Positions 24,767 to 34,339 of a DNA stretch of 64,000 nt are shown here, piece after piece. A program made the position numbers and the translations under genes. Source of the stretch: an uncultured Gemmatimonadaceae bacterium (GTDB lineage Bacteria > Gemmatimonadota > Gemmatimonadetes > Gemmatimonadales > Gemmatimonadaceae); assembly GCA_963751275.1 (NCBI GenBank), contig CAVVTZ010000011.1, forward strand, positions 160,001 to 224,000, written 5' to 3'. Positions within the stretch are counted from its first letter, which is position 1, and each line of letters begins with the position of its first letter. The notes under the pieces were generated by a model, which was not told the origin of the DNA, did no database searches, and saw nothing but the letters and a program-made list of their open reading frames with translations.

Positions 24767-25105
24767 TATACTTCTTCGCGCAGCACCATTCCGACTGGTT
24801 GGATCTCTGCGCCCGGTCCGTCGCGCGGCTCGCGATGTCCGGGCGCGTGTAACACCCCGGGGGCGTTCGCGCCCCTGACGCGACACCGTACCACCAACGG
24901 CTTCCGATCGCTCGCCGTTCCGTCGTTCCTCCCGTTCCGGGCCGTGACCCGAGAGCGCGCGAGGCGGCAATGGCGTGCACGATCTCAGTGGAATTCCCGT
25001 TCGGGACCCGCTGGCCGCGCGAGGACACGGACGCGCCACATCGAACTCGCAGGGAGCCCTCCCTTGGCACGCCGAGCCGCCGTGCCTGGGAACGGGCGCC
25101 AGGCA
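24767..25105 (+). promoter_or_regulatory. putative -10 box (TATACT) and ~330-nt structured 5' leader of the RNase E/G gene
   Basis: TATACT at 24767-24772; no convincing ORF before ATG 25106; several GC hairpins. Confidence 0.45.
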
Positions 25106-26692
25106 ATGAAACGAGAGATACTGATCAACGCCGGCGCGCGGGAAACGCGCGTGGCGATGCTGGAGGATGACCAGCTCGTCGAGCTGATGATGGACCGCCC
25201 CGACAACCGCCGCATGGTAGGCGATATCTACCTCGGCCGCGTGGACGCCGTGCTGCCGGGGATCCAGGCCGCCTTCGTCGACATTGGCACCGAGAAGAGT
25301 GCCTTCCTGCACGCGTCCGACCTCGTCTTCCCCGAAGACGACGACAAGGATGACGACGACGCAGCCGACGCCCCCGCCAATGGCGAGGGCGACGAGAGCG
25401 AAGAGAGCGAGGAGGAGAGCCCAGGCCGCCGCCCGCGCCGCGCCAAGGCGCCGCCCATCCAGGACATGCTCAAGCGAGGCCAGGAGATCCTGGTGCAGGT
25501 GTCCAAGGAGCCGATCTCCACGAAGGGCCCGCGCGTCACCGCGCAGATCTCCCTCGCGGGACGCTTCCTGGTCTATCTCCCCTTCGCGTCCCGCGTGGGA
25601 GTGAGCCGCAAGATCGGCGAGCGCGCGGAGCGCCAGCGGCTGCGCGAACTGGTCACGGCCGCGCTGCCGGACGAGTCGGGCGGCGTGATCGTGCGCACCG
25701 TGGGCGAGGATGTCACGCAGGAGACCTTCCGCCGCGAGCTGGTGTCGCTGCAGGCGCAATGGAAGAAGATCCAGCGCAAGACGCACTTCCAGAAGGCGCC
25801 CAACCTCGTGCACCGCGAGACGTCGCTCACGCGCGGACTGATCCGCGATGTGTTCAGCGCCAAGGTCGATGCGCTGCAGGTGGACTCGAAGCAGGTCTAC
25901 AACGAGATCATCGAATACCTCAAGGCGATCGCGCCGGAACTCATCGAGCGCGTGCAGCTCTACGCCGATCCGCAGCCGCTGTTCGACAAGGCCGAGGTGG
26001 AGTCCGAGATCCGCGATCTGTTCAAGCGCCGCTGCGACCTGCCGTCGGGCGGGTATCTCATCATCGAGCAGACGGAAGCGCTCGTCTCGGTGGACGTGAA
26101 CTCGGGCCGCTACACCGGCAAGAAGGATCCCGAGAAGACGATCCTGCGCACGAACACCGAGGCCGCGAAGGAAGTGGCCCGCCAGCTGCGGCTGCGCGAC
26201 ATCGGCGGCATCATCGTCTGCGACTTCATCGACATGGAGACGCGGCAGAATCGCGAGAAGGTGCTGCAGGAGCTGCGCACCAACCTCTCACGCGACCGCG
26301 CGCGCACGAAAGCCTACGCGGTAAGCGAGCTCGGCCTGATCGAAATGACCCGCCAGCGCGTGCGGGCCGGCCACTACCACAGCATGACCGAACCGTGCAC
26401 CGTGTGCGGTGGCTCCGGGCGTGTGTTCAGCCCGGAGAGCACTGTGCGCCGGCTGGAGCGGTCGGTGCGGCGCATGGCGAGCGAGGGACGCAAGGACGCG
26501 ATCATCGTGAAGCTGCACCCCGACGTCGCGATGTACGTGCTGGAGAACGAGCACGACTTCGCGCGGAAGCTCGAGAAAGCGCTGGGACTGCACCTGGACG
26601 TGCGCGACGATCCGCTGCTGAAGCCCGACGAGTTCAAGCTGGTGCTGAAGGGCGCGGAGCGCGACGTGACGCAGCAGTACGCCGTGGCCTGA
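25106..26692 (+). CDS. Rne/Rng family ribonuclease
   Basis: ETRVAMLED, GDIYLGRV..VLPGIQAAFVDIG, QVSKEPISTKG, VDVNSG, RQLRLRDIGGIIVCDFIDM, Zn-link CTVC. Confidence 0.95.
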   Translation: MKREILINAGARETRVAMLEDDQLVELMMDRPDNRRMVGDIYLGRVDAVLPGIQAAFVDIGTEKSAFLHASDLVFPEDDDKDDDDAADAPANGEGDESEESEEESPGRRPRRAKAPPIQDMLKRGQEILVQVSKEPISTKGPRVTAQISLAGRFLVYLPFASRVGVSRKIGERAERQRLRELVTAALPDESGGVIVRTVGEDVTQETFRRELVSLQAQWKKIQRKTHFQKAPNLVHRETSLTRGLIRDVFSAKVDALQVDSKQVYNEIIEYLKAIAPELIERVQLYADPQPLFDKAEVESEIRDLFKRRCDLPSGGYLIIEQTEALVSVDVNSGRYTGKKDPEKTILRTNTEAAKEVARQLRLRDIGGIIVCDFIDMETRQNREKVLQELRTNLSRDRARTKAYAVSELGLIEMTRQRVRAGHYHSMTEPCTVCGGSGRVFSPESTVRRLERSVRRMASEGRKDAIIVKLHPDVAMYVLENEHDFARKLEKALGLHLDVRDDPLLKPDEFKLVLKGAERDVTQQYAVA

Positions 26693-26700
26693 ACGGCGCG

Positions 26701-27138
26701 CTAGAGCGCCTTCCCGAAGATGAGCCCGAAGAGCAGCACCCCAAGGACGAATGTGGCGATCGCGACGTAGATCTGGTCGCGCTCGATGATGAAGATCAGG
26801 ATCGTCAGCGCGACCCGCACCACCGGCAACAGGATCAGGAGGATGATCCCGAGGCTGATGAGCACGAGCGGGTCCGCGTAGGATGCGCCGTGCAGGAAGG
26901 TGCCAAGCGAAGCCGGCGGGGCGGCGGCGCCCACCAACGCCCCCCGCGTGAGCTGCGGCAACACTTCGCTCATAGAGGCGCCCGCCCGGCTCGGGCGCGC
27001 CGCCGCCAGCGCGACGCCCGCAATGATCACAAGCGCACAGAGCAGCACACCGTATCGCAGGACATTGCCGATGAGCACATCCACCTGGTCGCGCGACAGC
27101 GGGGGCGATGCCCGGCCGGTCCGCCCGCGGCCGCTCAC
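26701..27138 (-). CDS. DUF1634-like membrane protein
   Basis: IGNVLRYGVLL ... LGIILLILLPVVRV; coupled by GTGA to the TauE/SafE gene, a common pairing. Confidence 0.75.
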   Translation of the reverse strand: MSGRGRTGRASPPLSRDQVDVLIGNVLRYGVLLCALVIIAGVALAAARPSRAGASMSEVLPQLTRGALVGAAAPPASLGTFLHGASYADPLVLISLGIILLILLPVVRVALTILIFIIERDQIYVAIATFVLGVLLFGLIFGKAL

Positions 27139-27995
27139 TGCATCCCCCAGGCGCGCAGCCCCATCTCCACCGCGACGGCGATGAGCACGAATACGAAGGC
27201 GATCCGGATGTGGCGGCTCGGCGCGATCATCATGAGCCGCGTCCCGATCCACGAGCCGCCGAGCACGCCGAGCGCGATCGGCGCCGCCAGCGCCGGCAGA
27301 ATGTCGCCGCGCATGAAGTAGGTGCCGGCGCTCGCCGCCGCCGTCACGCCGATCATGAAGTTCGACGTCGCGCTGGACACCTTGATCGGCAGCCGCATCG
27401 CCCGGTCCATCGCGGGGACCTTCAGCACGCCGCTCCCCACCCCGAGGAGACCCGAGACCATGCCGGCGCCGATCATGAGCAGGAACCCGAGCTTGACGCC
27501 GTGCACGGTGTACGGGACGTCGCGGCCGAGCGCCTTGTCGGGATAGTGCGAATTCAGGCCGAGGCGTGCCGCGAGCGGATCCGCCGGCGTGGGCGCGTGC
27601 GGCAGATCCTGCCGCCGCGCGCGGACCATCGCGATCGCCGAATAGGCCAGGATCGCCGCGAACACGGCGAAAAGGAAACGGGTGTGCACGTACCCCGCGA
27701 TGAGGGCGCCGCTGAGCGCGCCGCACGAGGTCGCCACTTCGAGCAACATGGCGACGCGGATGTTGGTGATGTGGTCCCGGACGTACGTCGCGGCGGCCCC
27801 GGACGACGTCGCGATCACCGAGACGATGCTTGCGCCAATGGCATACCGGATGTTGATGCCGAACCCGAGGGTGAGCACCGGGACGAGGATCACGCCGCCG
27901 CCGAGCCCGAGGATCGCGCCCAGGGTGCCCGCCGCCACCGATATGACAAAGAGCACGGCTTCGAACGCGACCGGGTTGGTGATCCACTGATGCAT
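27135..27995 (-). CDS. sulfite exporter TauE/SafE family protein
   Basis: GAILGLGGGVILVP, SVIATSSG, SGLLGVGSGVLKVP, SSATSNFMIGVT. Confidence 0.9.
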   Translation of the reverse strand: MHQWITNPVAFEAVLFVISVAAGTLGAILGLGGGVILVPVLTLGFGINIRYAIGASIVSVIATSSGAAATYVRDHITNIRVAMLLEVATSCGALSGALIAGYVHTRFLFAVFAAILAYSAIAMVRARRQDLPHAPTPADPLAARLGLNSHYPDKALGRDVPYTVHGVKLGFLLMIGAGMVSGLLGVGSGVLKVPAMDRAMRLPIKVSSATSNFMIGVTAAASAGTYFMRGDILPALAAPIALGVLGGSWIGTRLMMIAPSRHIRIAFVFVLIAVAVEMGLRAWGMQ

Positions 27996-28101
27996 GGCGC
28001 CAATCTACAGGCTGTCCCGACGGCCGTAAGTCATGCCCCCACGCGACGATGGTCCGCCAAAGGGAGCGCGGCGTTGCCGGCCATTCACGAATGCGCGCGA
28101 G

Positions 28102-28130
28102 TTGACACCCGCCCGCCGAGCGACTAAGTT
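28102..28130 (+). promoter_or_regulatory. sigma70-type promoter of rplU-rpmA
   Basis: TTGACA (28102-28107), 17-bp spacer, TAAGTT (28125-28130). Confidence 0.75.
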
Positions 28131-28171
28131 GCTCAGTCTATATCAGTTACCCTGACACACCTTCCGTGCCC

Positions 28172-28489
28172 ATGAACTACGCCATCATCCGCACTGCCGG
28201 CTTCCAATTCAAAGTCGAAGAGGGCAAGACACTTCGGATCCCCAGCCTCGAGGCCGAGGTGGGCTCGAAGGTCACCTTCGATGAGGTGCTCCTGAGCTCC
28301 GATGGCACCAAGGTCCGCGCCGGTACCCCCACGGTGAAGGGCGCCAAGGTGACCGCCGAGATCACCCGCCACGGCAAGGCGGACAAGATCGTCGTCTTCA
28401 AGATGAAGCGCCGCAAGAACTACGCGAAGAAGCAGGGACACCGGCAGGGCTTCACGGAAGTGAAGATCAACGACATCACACTCGGCTGA
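28172..28489 (+). CDS. rplU: 50S ribosomal protein L21
   Basis: YAIIRTAGFQFKV ... FKMKRRKNYAKKQGHRQGFT. Confidence 0.96.
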   Translation: MNYAIIRTAGFQFKVEEGKTLRIPSLEAEVGSKVTFDEVLLSSDGTKVRAGTPTVKGAKVTAEITRHGKADKIVVFKMKRRKNYAKKQGHRQGFTEVKINDITLG

Positions 28490-28498
28490 GATCGACCA

Positions 28499-28777
28499 AT
28501 GGCTCATAAGAAAGGCGTAGGCTCCAGCCGGAACGGCCGCGACAGCAATCCGCAGTACCGCGGCGTGAAGAAGTACGGCGGCGAGCGCGTGCGCGCGGGC
28601 AACATCATCATCCGCCAGTGCGGCACCAAGGTCCACCCGGGCCGCAACGTGGGCGTCGGCTCCGATTTCACGATCTTCGCCCTGATCGACGGCGTCGTGA
28701 AGTTCGAGCACAAGAATAAGCTGCGCATGAAGGTCAGCGTCTACCCGGCCGAGGGCGAGAAGGTCACCGCCGCGTAG
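28499..28777 (+). CDS. rpmA: 50S ribosomal protein L27
   Basis: [16 protein letters not shown]. Confidence 0.98.
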   Translation: MAHKKGVGSSRNGRDSNPQYRGVKKYGGERVRAGNIIIRQCGTKVHPGRNVGVGSDFTIFALIDGVVKFEHKNKLRMKVSVYPAEGEKVTAA

Positions 28778-28799
28778 CCGCACCGTTCGTGCTGTTCCG

Positions 28800-28836
28800 G
28801 AACGCCCCTGCGCATCGCGCGGGGGCGTTCTTCGTC
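28800..28836 (+). terminator. probable intrinsic terminator after rpmA
   Basis: GAACGCCCC...GGGGCGTTC stem followed by a short pyrimidine run. Confidence 0.6.
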
Positions 28837-28838
28837 TC

Positions 28839-28937
28839 ACTGCTTTGACATGATTAACATGATGAGCATGATGTAAACCGCTCACGCGTGTCGTTGTTCA
28901 TAATCATGTTCATCGTGCTAATCCTGTCCAAAGCAGT
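28839..28937. repeat. 9-bp-periodic palindromic element, copy A
   Basis: ACTGCTTTGACATGATTAACATGATGAGCATGAT ... ATCATGTTCATCGTGCTAATCCTGTCCAAAGCAGT. Confidence 0.85.
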
Positions 28938-29008
28938 TGCCGTACACGAAACCCACCGTGACGCGTGGCGTACTATTATTCAGTACAGTATCTCACCACG
29001 GGGATCCC

Positions 29009-29323
29009 ATGACCGTCTGGACCAGACTCAAGGAAGAACTCGACCGCGCCGGCCGCATGGCGCAGGTCGCGATGGATGAAGGGAAGATCCGGCTCGAGTT
29101 GATGCGCACCCGCCAGCTCGCCGACCGCGCCGCACAGACGCTCGGCTACGAATACTTCCGCGCGAAGCAGGCGGGGAAGGAGATCGACGCCGAGGTCCAC
29201 ACGCGCCTGATCACCGCGCTCGACGCGCACCTCGTCGAGATCGCGCGGCAGGAAGCGACGCTCGCGAGCATGGTCGCCTCGCGCCAGCCGCCTGCATCGG
29301 AGCCGCCGGCGCCGACGAACTGA
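29009..29323 (+). CDS. hypothetical helical protein
   Basis: MTVWTRLKEELDRAGRMAQVAMDEGK...; 104 aa, GC-rich third positions. Confidence 0.75.
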   Translation: MTVWTRLKEELDRAGRMAQVAMDEGKIRLELMRTRQLADRAAQTLGYEYFRAKQAGKEIDAEVHTRLITALDAHLVEIARQEATLASMVASRQPPASEPPAPTN

Positions 29324-29372
29324 TCGACCGACGCATGATCGGTCGCCGCCTCGAGGCGCGCCGTGCAGTTGC

Positions 29373-29405
29373 GCGTCCCGCGGCGCATCCCGCGTCCCGC
29401 GTCCC
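29373..29405. repeat. short heptamer tandem repeat (GCRTCCC, four units)
   Basis: gcgtccc gcggc gcatccc gcgtccc gcgtccc between convergent genes. Confidence 0.5.
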
Positions 29406-29485
29406 GAACGCGACCAAGCTTGATGCAGAACGGGCGCGGAGGAATTGACCTCCGCGCCCGTCCAGTTGATGCTCCCAATCCGACC

Positions 29486-30769
29486 TTAGGGCTTAGTATA
29501 ATCCGCCGGCAGATTCTTGTACCGCTGCGTCAGCAGATCCTGACGTGACGGCGTCGTATTCTCCACGCCGCGAATGTACACATGCTCCGCGCGCGTCGCG
29601 AACTCGAACGGGTCGCCGTTCCAGATCACGACGTTCCCCTCCATGCCGGGCTTCAGCGCACCCACCCTGTCGCTCACGCCGAACACGACCGCCGGCGCCC
29701 ACGTGATCGCGGCGAGCGCATCGTTCCACGACATGCCATAACCCACCGCATTGCCCGCCTCATAGCGGATGTTGCGGATGTTGAACGCATCCTCGTCGCC
29801 GCCGCCGGCGTTGCCGATGAGCACGACGGTCACGCCCGCCTTCTTCAGCATCGCGGCGTTCTCCTGCCGCGAATTGAGCATGGTGAAATTGTACGGGATG
29901 TTGCTCATTGCGCCCGCCAGCACCGGCACCTTCGCCGCCGCGATCCGATCCGCCACCATCCAACCTTCCGCGGCTCCCGAGAGCACGATCTTGATGTGAA
30001 AGTCACTGGTGAGCCGGAGCGCCTGCACAATGTTCGACGCGCGATCCACGTCCAGCACGAGCGGGATCTTCCCTGTGACCACCGGGATCATCGCCTCCAT
30101 GTCCTGCCGGCGGAAGGCGAACGGCAGCATCTTCGCGCCGTTGTACTCCGCCTTGTGCGCCATGTACGTACTCGTGTTCTCGATCAGCTCGCGCAGCTTC
30201 GCGATCAGTTCGCCCTCGGCGCCGACCCCCGCGTTCCGGTTGCCCTCGAACGAGGCGGACATGCCCACCGGTCCCTTGAGCAGCATGCTCGCCAACGAGC
30301 CGCTGCCGAGATCCACGAACGCGCCCTGACCCGCGACCAGATTGCCGCGCGGCCAAATGCCGGCCGTCGTGACGCCGTACTCACGATTGTTCGGGATGAG
30401 CACGTTCTCCGGATCGTACGCGAGCCACGGCTGGAAGCTCGCCGAGATGTGGTCCGCGCCCTCGGCGTGGGATTCATTCGCATCCGCGCCGAAGCCGACG
30501 TCGAACAGGCCGACGGCCGTCGCCGCGTTCACCAGCCCCGGCGTCACCCACTTGCCGGTGGCATCGATCTTGGTCGCACCCGCGGGGATCGCGACGTTCG
30601 CGCCCACGGCGGTGATCTTTCCCTTGGTGATGATGACCGTGCCGTTCTTGATGACGGGACCGCTCACCGGATACACCGTGCCGCCGGTGATGGCGATCGT
30701 CTGCGCCGGCAGCGCGAACGCGGCCAGGACAGTAGCGAGGGCAACGAGCCCGAAGTGTGAGCGGCGCAT
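29486..30769 (-). CDS. secreted amidohydrolase-family protein lacking the HxH metal motif
   Basis: Signal peptide, IDATGKWVTPGLVNAAT, VGALKPG..GNVVIWNGDPF. Confidence 0.85.
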   Translation of the reverse strand: MRRSHFGLVALATVLAAFALPAQTIAITGGTVYPVSGPVIKNGTVIITKGKITAVGANVAIPAGATKIDATGKWVTPGLVNAATAVGLFDVGFGADANESHAEGADHISASFQPWLAYDPENVLIPNNREYGVTTAGIWPRGNLVAGQGAFVDLGSGSLASMLLKGPVGMSASFEGNRNAGVGAEGELIAKLRELIENTSTYMAHKAEYNGAKMLPFAFRRQDMEAMIPVVTGKIPLVLDVDRASNIVQALRLTSDFHIKIVLSGAAEGWMVADRIAAAKVPVLAGAMSNIPYNFTMLNSRQENAAMLKKAGVTVVLIGNAGGGDEDAFNIRNIRYEAGNAVGYGMSWNDALAAITWAPAVVFGVSDRVGALKPGMEGNVVIWNGDPFEFATRAEHVYIRGVENTTPSRQDLLTQRYKNLPADYTKP

Positions 30770-32197
30770 TAGTTGCTCCCTCCCGCGGTATGCACGAAGC
30801 CGAGTTCGAAGTCAGTCCGCCAATCCGCCTTCGGATCCGCGCGGTTGTACAGCATCGCACCGTCGATCCAGACGTTCTCGGCGTGCGTGTACACGCTGAA
30901 CGGATCGCCCGACCAGAGCACGACGTCGGCGTTCTTGCCGACCTCGATCGAACCGATCTTGTCGTTGAGGCCGAGCGCCCACGCCGGATTGATCGTGTTC
31001 CACTTGATGGCCTGGTCTTCCGGAGATGTCGAGGCCGATCGCGCGGCCCGCCGCCATCGCCTTCGCCGTCTCCTGGTTCAGGCGCTGCTCACCCGACGCG
31101 TCGTCCGAGTGCGTCATCGCGATCCCGCCCGCATGGTCGAGGAGCGCGAGGTTCGCCTCGATGCCGTCGAGCGCCTCCATCTTGAAGCCGCCCCAGTCGG
31201 CCCAGAGCGCGCCAGCGATCGAGTCCTTCGCGAGCACGTTCGCGATCTTGTACGCTTCCACGCCGTGGTGGAACGACCGGATCTTGTAGCCGAACTCATT
31301 CGCGATGTCGATGATCTGCATCATCTCGTCCGCGCGGTAGCAGTGCATGTGGACGAGGATGTTCCCGCGCAGCACCTCGGCGAGCGTCTCGATGCCGAGA
31401 TCGCGCTTCGGCGGATCGCCCTTCGACGGATCCGCGAGATACTTGTCCCACGCGCGGCGGTACGCTTCGGCATCGATCCACGCCTGCCGGTAGCCGGCCA
31501 CGTTGCCCATGCGGGTCTGCGGTCCGCCGCGGTTGCCGTACACACGCTTCGGATTCTCACCGCACGCCATCTTGAGGCCGTACTTCGCGCCGGGGAACTT
31601 CATTCCCTGCACGGACGCCGACGGCACGACCTTGAGTACGACGCTGCGGCCGCCGAAGAGGTTCGCCGAACCCGGCAGCACCTGGAGCGTCGTGATGCCG
31701 CCCGCCAGCGACCGCGGGAACTGCGGATCCTGCGGCCACACCGAATGCTCGGCCCAGACGTAGGCCGTGTTCGGGCGCACCGCTTCGTTGCCATCGCTGT
31801 TGGCCTCCACCCCAGGCGCGGAATACACGCCGAGGTGTGAGTGGATGTCGATGAAGCCCGGCGTCACGAACTTGCCGGTGCCGTCGATCACGACCGCATC
31901 GGCGGGCGCGGCCACGTTCGTGCCTACCGCCACGATCTTGCCCCCCTGCATCAGCACCGAGCCGCCCACAATGCGCGGGCCGGCGGCGGTGAGGATCGTC
32001 GCGTTCTTGATGAGCGTCGTCTTCGACGGGAAGGGCTTGTAGGTGCTGGGGAACGGATCCGCGAGCGGAAGCGCGACGGCTCCCTTGCCCGGCGGGGTCC
32101 TCTTGACGCTGTCACTCGTGCCGGACGTCTTGGCGGGCTGCTGTGCCGAGACCGTGCCGGCGAAAACGAGTGCGAGCGCGACGGCGAACTGGCGCAT
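30769..32197 (-). CDS. secreted amidohydrolase-family protein (frameshift near 31022)
   Basis: Signal peptide, TPGFIDIHSH, KMACGENPKRVYG, HMHCYRAD, FHHGVEAYK, HSDD; TAATG coupling to the next gene. Confidence 0.88.
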
Positions 32198-32368
32198 CGC
32201 TATGCTGTCCTCCTGAAAGGGGATCCTGGGGAGAGGGCGAAATTACGAGCGGGGAACGCCCGTCGCTAGTGCGTGATCGCCCCCGCGCGCCGTACGCACG
32301 AGGGGGCGCCTTCGTTGCGCGGCTATCGTCTGCGCACGCGGTTGCTGCTCTATGCGTGTGTAGAAACT

Positions 32369-32491
32369 AGTACCGCTGGAACAGCGCGTCTGGCAACCAA
32401 GCGTATAGTACTCCTCTGCGCGACTGGGGCGACCACTCACGCCCAGGAGTACCAGACGCTCAGTTGCCAGACGCGCTGTTCCAGCGGTACT
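32369..32491. repeat. 123-bp palindromic element (MITE/REPIN-like)
   Basis: Perfect 29-bp inverted repeat AGTACCGCTGGAACAGCGCGTCTGGCAAC (32369-32397 / 32463-32491) extended by an imperfect inner 18 bp. Confidence 0.85.
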
Positions 32492-32508
32492 TGTTGCTAG
32501 ACGCGCTC

Positions 32509-33369
32509 TTATGGTAAGAGCCGCTCGGGGTTCGTTTCGAGCGCCGCGCGCTTGACCGATTCGGCCAGCGGCAGGGCGAGGAACTGGTCGACGTTCTTGC
32601 GCATGCTCTCCACGCCGGGACTCGGCCAGTCGGTGCCCCAGAGCAGCTGGCGCTCGAGCTCGGCGATGCGCGGGAAGTACTCGAGCAGGGACTTCGGCGG
32701 AATGCCCGACAGGTCCAGCATCATGCGTTTGTGGCGGCGCAGGACGAAGAAGGCCTCTTCCATGTAAAGCGGCCGCCCGCCGTGCGCCATGATCAGCGGC
32801 AGATCGGGGAAATCGATGGCGACGTCATCCAACTCCATCGGGTTGCCGAACTTGCTGCGCGCACCGGGGAAGATGCTCGTGCCGGTGTGGACGAGCACCG
32901 GCAGGCCGCGCGCCTCGCATGTGCGATAGATGGCGGCGAGCGAATCGAGCCCGCGCGTGTAATCGTTGGCCGCGAAATTCTGGTGCGGGGGGTGCAGCTT
33001 GAGCACGCGCGTGCCAAGGCCGATCAAGCGCTCGACCTTCGCCGCCGCCGTTTTCGGGTCGGGCGTGGTCATCGGATCCACGCCGCCGTACGGCAGCAGC
33101 CGCTTCGGATCGGCGGCGGCGTACTGCGCCGCGAAGTCGTTGGTGCTGTCATCGAAGCCCATGATGTTCGGGCTCGGATAGTTCACCATCCCGACACGCT
33201 GGATCCCCTGTTCGTCCATGACGCGCAGCAGCAGCTTCGGATCATCCATCAGCGCGATCAGGAAGTCGAAGTGCTGCTCCTTCCCACGCCGCATGACTTC
33301 CATGACAGCAGGCTTCAGCTGACGGAAAGGTTGCACGTGGATGTGAAAATCCGTGATGCGATACGTCAT
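32509..33369 (-). CDS. amidohydrolase_2 family protein
   Basis: DFHIH, KLHP, LVHTG, MAHGG, LWGTDWP. Confidence 0.88.
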   Translation of the reverse strand: MTYRITDFHIHVQPFRQLKPAVMEVMRRGKEQHFDFLIALMDDPKLLLRVMDEQGIQRVGMVNYPSPNIMGFDDSTNDFAAQYAAADPKRLLPYGGVDPMTTPDPKTAAAKVERLIGLGTRVLKLHPPHQNFAANDYTRGLDSLAAIYRTCEARGLPVLVHTGTSIFPGARSKFGNPMELDDVAIDFPDLPLIMAHGGRPLYMEEAFFVLRRHKRMMLDLSGIPPKSLLEYFPRIAELERQLLWGTDWPSPGVESMRKNVDQFLALPLAESVKRAALETNPERLLP

Positions 33370-33380
33370 GAAACGCACGG

Positions 33381-33543
33381 CTCAAACTGCGTAGTTGGTC
33401 CCCCAAACTCCGCAATTGGCGGTTGGCGTGTGGTAAGAGCTCGGGCGCTATTGGCACCGGCGGCCGCACGCCAGGAACGCTTTAGCCGTGACCACACGTC
33501 ACCCGCCATCACGGCGTTCGGGGGACCAAGAACGGAGTTCGGG
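33381..33543. repeat. ~163-bp imperfect palindromic element
   Basis: Arms of about 54 bp: TTGGTCCCCC..TGGCGGTTGGCGTGTGGT pairs with ACCACACGTCACCCGCCA..GGGGGACCAA. Confidence 0.75.
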
Positions 33544-33559
33544 GTGCCACTTTCGCGAC

Positions 33560-34339
33560 TCATCGCCCCTTGAAGTCGGCCGGCCGTTTTTCAAGGAATG
33601 CCCGCACTCCTTCGATCTTGTCCTCGCTCGAGAAGCACAGAGCGAACAGCGCCCGTTCGGCGCGCAGTCCATCCTCCAGCGGCAGACTCAACGCCGCGCG
33701 CGTCGCTTCCTTCGCGGCGGCCACGGCCACCGGGCTCTTGGACGCGATCGTCTCCGCGATCGCCATCGCGCGCGTCATGAGCTCCGCCGGCTCGGTGACT
33801 TCCGACACGATGCCGAGCCGCAGCGCCTCCGCGGCGTCGATCATGTCTCCCGTCAGGATGAGCCGCAGGGCGGCGCCCAGCCCCGCCACGCGCGGCAGCC
33901 GCTGCGTGCCGCCGCCGCCGGGGATGATCCCGAGATTCACCTCGGGCTGGCCGAACTTCGCGGCGCTGCTCGCGATCCGGATGTCGCACGCCAGCGCGAT
34001 CTCCATGCCGCCGCCCAGGCAGAATCCGTTCAGCGCGGCGATCACCGGCTTCGGGCAGCGCTCCGGCGCATCGAACACCGGGCCGGTGCTCATCGAGCGC
34101 CATTGGTCCACCGGCGTGCGCCCCTCGAACTCGCCAATGTCCGCGCCCGCGATGAAGGCCTTGTCGCCGGCGCCGGTGAGCAGCACCACCCGCACGCCCG
34201 CATCGGCCCGGGCACGCTCGAAGGCGGCAAGAATGCCGGCGCGCACCTCCTGGTTCAGCGCGTTGCGCTTCTCCGGCCGGTTCACGGTGACCACGGCCAC
34301 CCGGCCGCGCACCTCGTACAGCACCACGCTGTCGCTCAT
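33560..34339 (-). CDS. enoyl-CoA hydratase (crotonase, PaaF-like)
   Basis: NRPEKRNALN, AFIAGADI, CLGGGMEIALACD, FGQPEVNLGIIPGGGGTQRL (both catalytic Glu present). Confidence 0.92.
   Translation of the reverse strand: MSDSVVLYEVRGRVAVVTVNRPEKRNALNQEVRAGILAAFERARADAGVRVVLLTGAGDKAFIAGADIGEFEGRTPVDQWRSMSTGPVFDAPERCPKPVIAALNGFCLGGGMEIALACDIRIASSAAKFGQPEVNLGIIPGGGGTQRLPRVAGLGAALRLILTGDMIDAAEALRLGIVSEVTEPAELMTRAMAIAETIASKSPVAVAAAKEATRAALSLPLEDGLRAERALFALCFSSEDKIEGVRAFLEKRPADFKGR

Noticed and set aside
24780..25105. RNase P RNA or tmRNA in the gap before the RNase E/G gene
   Set aside because: Hallmark motifs (GAGGAAAGTCC, tRNA-like ends) are absent
24461..25105. 215-aa N-terminal extension of RNase E/G given by the ORF track
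   Set aside because: Family homology starts at MKREILIN (25106); the extension overlaps an opposite-strand gene and looks non-coding
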